Below, in pieces: positions 58,165-64,000 of a stretch of DNA of 64,000 nucleotides. The translations under genes and the position numbers were made by a program. Source of the stretch: Eutreptiella sp. 'Long Island Sound 2002' (taxonomy: Eukaryota; Protista; Euglenida); assembly GCA_964036045.1 (NCBI GenBank), contig OZ038378.1:184078001-184142000 (forward strand). The letters are read 5' to 3'. The first letter of the stretch is position 1, and each line of letters opens with the position of its first letter. Below the pieces are notes generated by a model, which had not been told where the DNA came from, did not search any database, and saw only the letters and a program-made list of their open reading frames with translations.

Positions 58165-58350
58165 TCACGATGGTTGGCAACAACAATGCAATCAAGTCAA
58201 ATAGCCTACGGTTCAATGCGCAACTTGCCTTCTCGGATGTTGCAACAACATGTGTACAACAACATTCGCGATTGGCTTGATCACGATGGCAACAACAGCA
58301 ATGCAATCAAGTCAATTAGCCTACGGTTCAATTCGCAATTTGCATTCTCC
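58165..58350 (+). repeat. ~115-bp tandem duplication in RRM gene intron 1
   Basis: ggcaacaaca.aatgcaatcaagtcaa.tagcctacggttcaat occurs twice. Confidence 0.8.
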
Positions 58351-58768
58351 GGATCTATGAAGAGTTGAAGAGTTGAAGGCCGGAAAAAAGTCAAGGCATG
58401 GTCTAACAATGTGAGTACACATGAACTCGAGGCAAACTTGCATTGCTCAATTACGGTTGCAATGTTGTGGAGAGTGGAACGCCCGACATGCGCAACGGGC
58501 AATGCGAAATCACGCCACATAGCCCTTGGACAACCATTGGCAAGGTGGATTGAATGGAGTGACGACCAATAGTTATTTTCACTTTAAAGCAAATGACACC
58601 ATTGTTGTCAACCAAGGCGATTCTCCAAATGCTCACGGCTTTGTGTATGTCTCCTCCTCCTTCTTCCTCTTCGAACGGCTTGACATCCCACCAGTTGCGT
58701 TTGCAACGTGCGGTTGCGTTCGCAACGCATTTTGTACCATAGCATACATGGACCGTTTATTTCCTCAG

Positions 58769-58856
58769 GCAAGGCTATGCGTTTGTCGAATTTTGGAGTG
58801 AGGCCGACGCCGATGAGGCAATGTACCAAACAAAAGGAATGAAATTGCAAGGCGAG
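58769..58856 (+). CDS. SR-like RRM protein gene, exon 2 (RNP1)
   Basis: ttcctcag|QGYAFVEFWSEADADEAMYQTKGMKLQGE|gtatcc; phase 2/0. Confidence 0.9.
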
Positions 58857-60328
58857 GTATCCTTGTTTCAATATTCCGGCATGCTCAACAGTGCCTTTCT
58901 CGAGGCGCGCACAGTCCGATGGCAACTTATGTCGCAATGCTAGCAAATTGCTCATGACCGAGTGAAATCTCATTGAAGTGGCGAACAACATTTAGAAGTT
59001 GGGCGCATGGTGGATGACGATGTGTGTGCCGTAACGTACGGTGGGCGATGATACAATGTTGAACCTCTTCCCGCTGGGCTTCCACTTTCCGGGATTTTGG
59101 CCGCCAAGTGCCACCACAGACGCTATGGGCTAGGTGGCTAAAGTGGGAGGTAAAATGGTTTGGATGCCTTGGGAGATGAGGTGGATGGCTTTGAAAGCCT
59201 TGGATTTGGGTTCGGGGCTGTGTCCCAATTGTTCCTCGGGGCATGTGTTGTGACCATAGGCATTCCGACCCCGGTCAATTGTTAACTGTTGGCTTTTGGA
59301 AGACCCACTACTTTTCCCACTTCACGGACGCATGGTTTACAGGATCTCACAACAATTCAACAACATTTTGACCATTCCTTGCATACGGTCCCTTGAGTGG
59401 TTTCCTCTTGTGTGTGCTATTGTGAGGGCAGACAAGGACTCCTCCTCAAGCGGTTTGGCCTGAGGATCCGTGTACGACCACCTCTCTGCCTGATTGAGCA
59501 CGATGGGGTCGTGTGTTTTCGCCCAGATCCCCGTCCTCCATGGTGCCCACGCTGACTCATAGCGCCTGAGCAATGGCGAGTTATGGCATATGCGAACGAA
59601 CAAACCTAGCTGCTCGGAACCGTGCATTCGGGTATAAAGGTAAAGGAAAGTGTTGGTGGCCACTTTTTCGATGGTGGTCTCGCGCAGCAGTCATGAGCCG
59701 CTTTTGCCCCATGCCAAGGTGTTCACATGGGTCCGGGACGGTATGCATCAGCGCCCCATGAGCACGGCCTGGCCGCCATCGTGTACGTGCGCGACCCACG
59801 CTGTCCATATGACCCCATGCAGCCTTGCTACCGAGGAGTGCCCTCTGATAGAAATAAAACCACACACCTCACAGCGCGAGTGCTGATGAACAGGCAAACA
59901 CCTACAGGCGCCTCAACCTCCAGTTGAAGGTTCCTTCCATCGAGCCTTTGTGAGCAACATGCAGGCCTTGAGACACTGAGAGGCATACAAAGAGGTGGGG
60001 CGGTCGCAGAATCTAAGCGCAAAGGTGTGGCCCTGTCATTACAACTGTCTAGCACAATAGTTGAATGGCAGCGGTGGGTAGATAGGTGGCTGGCGGTCAC
60101 GCTTCAGGATTTGTGTGGGCACTTGTTTGCGTGCTTGCCAGGGTTATTTGAGAATTCTTTCTCTCCTTGTTCCTACTCTCCCACACCTCCGCCGTAAAAA
60201 TGTCAAATCTCAAGTGCTCACGCCACGGTGTTTTCATGTGTTCGTGTGATGGATGCGAACACATGTGTTGGATGCGAATGCATGCGAAACCCTTCCGGCT
60301 TTTGATTCCCATTTTGCACCTTGTCTAG

Positions 60329-60426
60329 GTGCTGACCATCAACACATGCCTAAGTGGTGGTGGTGGCGGTGGCAAGGGCGGCGGCGGCCGCGGTGGTCGT
60401 GGCGATGGGGGGGATCAAAGTAATCG
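60329..60426 (+). CDS. SR-like RRM protein gene, exon 3 (end of RRM plus Gly-rich hinge)
   Basis: ttgtctag|VLTINTCLSGGGGGGKGGGGRGGRGDGGDQSN(R)|gtatgt; a possible further exon at 60476-60533. Confidence 0.82.
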
Positions 60427-62907
60427 GTATGTCCAACTTGTGACGTTTGTTTCATGACGTTCGTGATTTTGGAAGCCGCAACGGTGCGTCGGAAGAACTA
60501 GCCTCCTCAAAGCGATGGATTGGCCACGACAAGGTCAAAGCGGGCGCGCACCCGCCGCACTACTTTTGTACTAACTATCCCGACTATCCCAACTGGTGTA
60601 GAACACAGTGTCCCCAATACTCAACTCCATAACAAATAGCAAAAGAGGTCTGAGGATCACCAACGGGAAAGGGGCCAGTCCATATCCCCAACTGGAAAGG
60701 GGCAAGTCCATGAGGCGCACCATCCCTCCCACCCACCCACTCACCCATAACCACTGCAATGTGGGGCAGGCCAAAACAGGGGGAGAAAGGGGTTGAAATG
60801 AGAAGCGGCAAATAAAGATGCCCAGCGCGTGCCTGGTGTGCGCCCTGTGCCTGTTACCCCCTCTGTAGTGAGCATCAGGCCCCAAAGGGTCCGCATTGGA
60901 GGTTTTCTTCCTTAGAGAGGATGAATTGCATATTTCCTTTCGAGAAGGTCTCACAGCTGCGGCATTTGGCATACGATCCATTGGGTGTCCGCCTTCGGAT
61001 ACATTCCCAATCTATGTTGATTGGCGGATCGGGTGGCAAATGGACCCCTCAAAAAACAGCTCACACTGAAATAGCAAATAAACACACAAAATTGCACGTG
61101 CATGTTCTTCCACTCCCTCCTCACCATGTTGCAAATGGTCATCAAGAGGGGTGCGATTGTATAACTCCGAATCAGCCGGGCAAATACAGCGAGAGCGAGA
61201 GCCCACAACAAAGGAGTGTTGCTACTCCGTTTGAAAAGGCGGTGGTTGCGTCCGTCCATCGCTCCGTTTGTCCTTCCATCCCCTCCAACCTGTAGGCTGT
61301 CCTGCACTCCCTGAGGCTGGGGAGGTGGAAGATTGGCTTGCGCGCGGGGGAGGGGGGGGTCGTTCGAGCCCCCAGAAGGAGGGGGATGGGTCTGGGAAAG
61401 GGGCTCGCATGACAGGCCAGTCCAAAGAGGCTAGTCTCAAAACTCTAATGATGACTCACCACCTGTGCCGCAAAGCAGCCCAGAAGAATTTTTTTTAAAA
61501 AGAAAATCAGCGCATTGTGGGGATCGTTTTGAGTCATGTATGTTGGGGTACCTTAGGATCCCCCCTAGCCTCCCCTGTCGGCCCGTCAGGGGTTCCCCAT
61601 CACGGGAGCCCAGAAGGGGGGGGTGGTCCGAGAAAGGGGCTCGAACGCCACCCCCCCCCCACCCACCCACGCAAGACAATTTCCCCCCACTCCTGTGTAG
61701 CTCCCTCCACAGCGAAACTGGAATGTGACAAAACTCCGAAGTCTCTGACTTGATGAGGCTGCCTTCTTCAGCCAAAATCCCCCAACCTCCCCTCGCATGC
61801 ATGTGTGCTATCCACATGGCCCTCGGACCTGGGCTATAACCCCCTGTGAACCAAAAACCACACAGCCCAAGCATCTCAATCCTTTCCTTCGTGGGCAGTC
61901 ACTGGCCCTGACAACAAAAGAGAGAGGGTCGTTGGGGGGGGGGGGGGGGGAATGAGTGACTGGGGAGACGAGGACGGCTTGAATGACAATGTTGCCTGTG
62001 TGTTCATGACGAAATCAAAATTCTTGCCATCGTGGAAAATTGTTGCTGTCAGGGCGGGGGGAGGGGGGTGAGACATAATTAAGGTAAGCTAAGGGAAGGT
62101 GTAGATGGAACCTTGGTAGACTAACCTTGTTTAACACAGCTACCAAGAGCTACTGGATTGCAACCAGTCAAAAGCACATGACTTTGAAATAGGACCAGGA
62201 ATGAAAGACGATGCAAAAACGACGAAACGATGAAACACATTGTCAGAGCGTGGACCTACTGCATTTATGCTTTTCGGAGCGTTGTTTGCATACGGCACAG
62301 CATCAAGAAAGTGTTGTGGGTGACCAAGCCATAGGGCTCCCCCCCCGACAGCAGGGGGGGGGGGGGGGCATCATCTTCATGTTGCCTTTTACAGCCCATG
62401 CAATGCAAGAGGATTTTTGGCTATGTGCATGGTGGTGTCATATTGTGCTACACAAATCCAAATGTTTTTTACTTACTGAAGCTGTCGCAGTGTTTTTCAA
62501 CTACCGAAGCTTTCGCAACTGTACGGCGCTGACATTACGACTAATTTGAGCAATCACTCAGAGATTTGAGTTTCTTCGTTGTGTGGTACCTTGGAACTGA
62601 GTTGCAATGGCAAACCTTATCGAAGGGGGTTTGAACACACAGCCATTGCGAGAGCTTCCCTGTCGGCCTCGCCCAGCACAAAAGGTGTGGAACATGAAGC
62701 CACGCTGCAGTTCCCACACACCCTCAACACCGCCATCATGCCTCTCTGACCCAGATGCCTCCGGGACGCCTCCGTGTCATTTTAGTTGCGCCCCCCTCAC
62801 AACCCAGACGCACAGGGGAGCGGCCTTGCACCTGCAGCTGTAGCCGTGCCTCCCGCACTGCACCGTTTTCTGGATTTTGCATGTCCCCGGGATCGTGTTT
62901 GTGACAG

Positions 62908-63258
62908 GGGCGGCGACAGGGGTGGCGACAAGTACGACAGAGGCGGCGACAGATACGACAGAGGCGGCGACAAATACGACAGAGGCGGCGACAGATACGA
63001 CAGAGGCGGCGACAAATACGACAGAGGCGGCGACAGAGGTGGCCGTGACCGCGATTGGGATCGGGGCGACCGCGACCGGGACCGCCCTCGCGAACGCGAA
63101 CGTGAACGCGACCGCGACCGTGACAGGGAGCGTGACTACGATCGCGACCGAGACCGAGACCGAGACCGCAGAGACTCGGACCGAGGGGACAGGCAAGACC
63201 GTGGCGATCGTGGTGATCGTAGCGACCGTGGCGACCGTGGTGGATATTCGGGAGGCAG
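62908..63258 (+). CDS. SR-like RRM protein gene, RD/RG-repeat exon; the 3' end is not resolved
   Basis: gtgacag|GGDRGGDKYDRGGDRYD...RDRDRDRPRERERERDRDRD...GGYSGG(R)|gtatgg; 351 nt, phase 2/2. Confidence 0.82.
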
Positions 63259-64000
63259 GTATGGTGGTTTTGGGGCGGGAGGGTGTGTGCTGGGTCAGTG
63301 TGGGTCACTAGCAGCGGATGGTGCTGCACCGCTCATGTGCATCTGCACAAGTTGTGGTGCATCCCCTCATGCCGCCATGCCGCTGTGCATGTCGCCCTGC
63401 ACTGATTTGCCTTTCCACAACCCACACGGATGTGCAAAGCCCACAAGCACCGCGGGGGTTGTGACGGGATGTTTGCGAAGATTGGTCATTGCAAATCGGG
63501 AGCCTGGGGCCAGCGCTGGGGTTGGGGGCGAGAGGATCGACCCCCTCACTCCAAGACCCTCTCTGCTCATCTGCTGCAATTGCTGTGTTCATTTGGGACA
63601 CGGTTTTGAGGCTTGCATGGGGCTTGCGGAGTGTTTCGTTATTCTTGCACGCCGGACCTCTTGGTGGCAGCAATATTCTTGATTAAATCTCTTCACTCTG
63701 CAGCATTCTGTACAACCCCTCCAGCCCACAGCTTCGGGGTTGCCACACACCAACATGATGAGGGGCCGCAGGCGGAAGCTCTGCAGTTCATAGTGTCGTA
63801 AGAACTTGTAGAGAATGCTGTAGAGTGATTGTGAACAGCTGTGCCGGGTTGTGGAACACTTTGCAGGGCTGGGGAAAGTCGCAGAGGCCGTAGAGGGTTG
63901 TTGAGAGTTGCAGAGGGCCGTGGAGGGTTATTTGGTTTTGTTCTGAACCCTCCCCTCCCTAAGCCCCACACAGCCCTCCACAACCATCTGTTTTCAAAGA

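Noticed and set aside
58590-58650. NDTIVVNQGDSPNAHGFVY as an RNP1 exon
   Set aside because: Phase mismatch with exon 1's gtatgg donor; the 58769-58856 exon (GYAFVEF) fits in frame and motif
62736-63329. Minus-strand Cys/Arg, Ser/Val and Tyr/Leu repeat ORFs, and the Thr/Ala-rich plus frame (62877-63311)
   Set aside because: Alternative frames of the RD-repeat exon

Overview
Eukaryotic nuclear DNA from a repeat-rich protist. A euglenozoan/euglenid is my inference from the gene style; the sequence does not prove it. There is no rRNA, intact tRNA, CRISPR array or operon. Two genes are clearly recognisable. The first is a plus-strand DUF924 + TilS-like (tRNA-Ile lysidine synthase, PP-loop ATPase) fusion gene with 10 firmly placed GT-AG exons from 14627 to 37066, an uncertain first exon, and about 660 aa. 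The second is a plus-strand SR-like RRM/RD-repeat gene starting at 57730. The main unexpected structure is a chain of phase-compatible GT-AG exons on the MINUS strand interleaved with the tilS exons (about 14314 to at least 30150, possibly past 37900). This suggests a long antisense gene that shares intron space with tilS. At one point the two genes' splice donors sit 9 nt apart. The rest of the window is decayed mobile DNA: RNase H-bearing retroelement fragments, PIF/Harbinger-ISL2EU-type transposase remnants, tRNA-derived heads, minisatellites and microsatellites. It also holds several intronless orphan ORFs, including a 425-codon one at 41684-42961. All exon models were built by hand from splice signals and reading frames and need RNA-seq confirmation.
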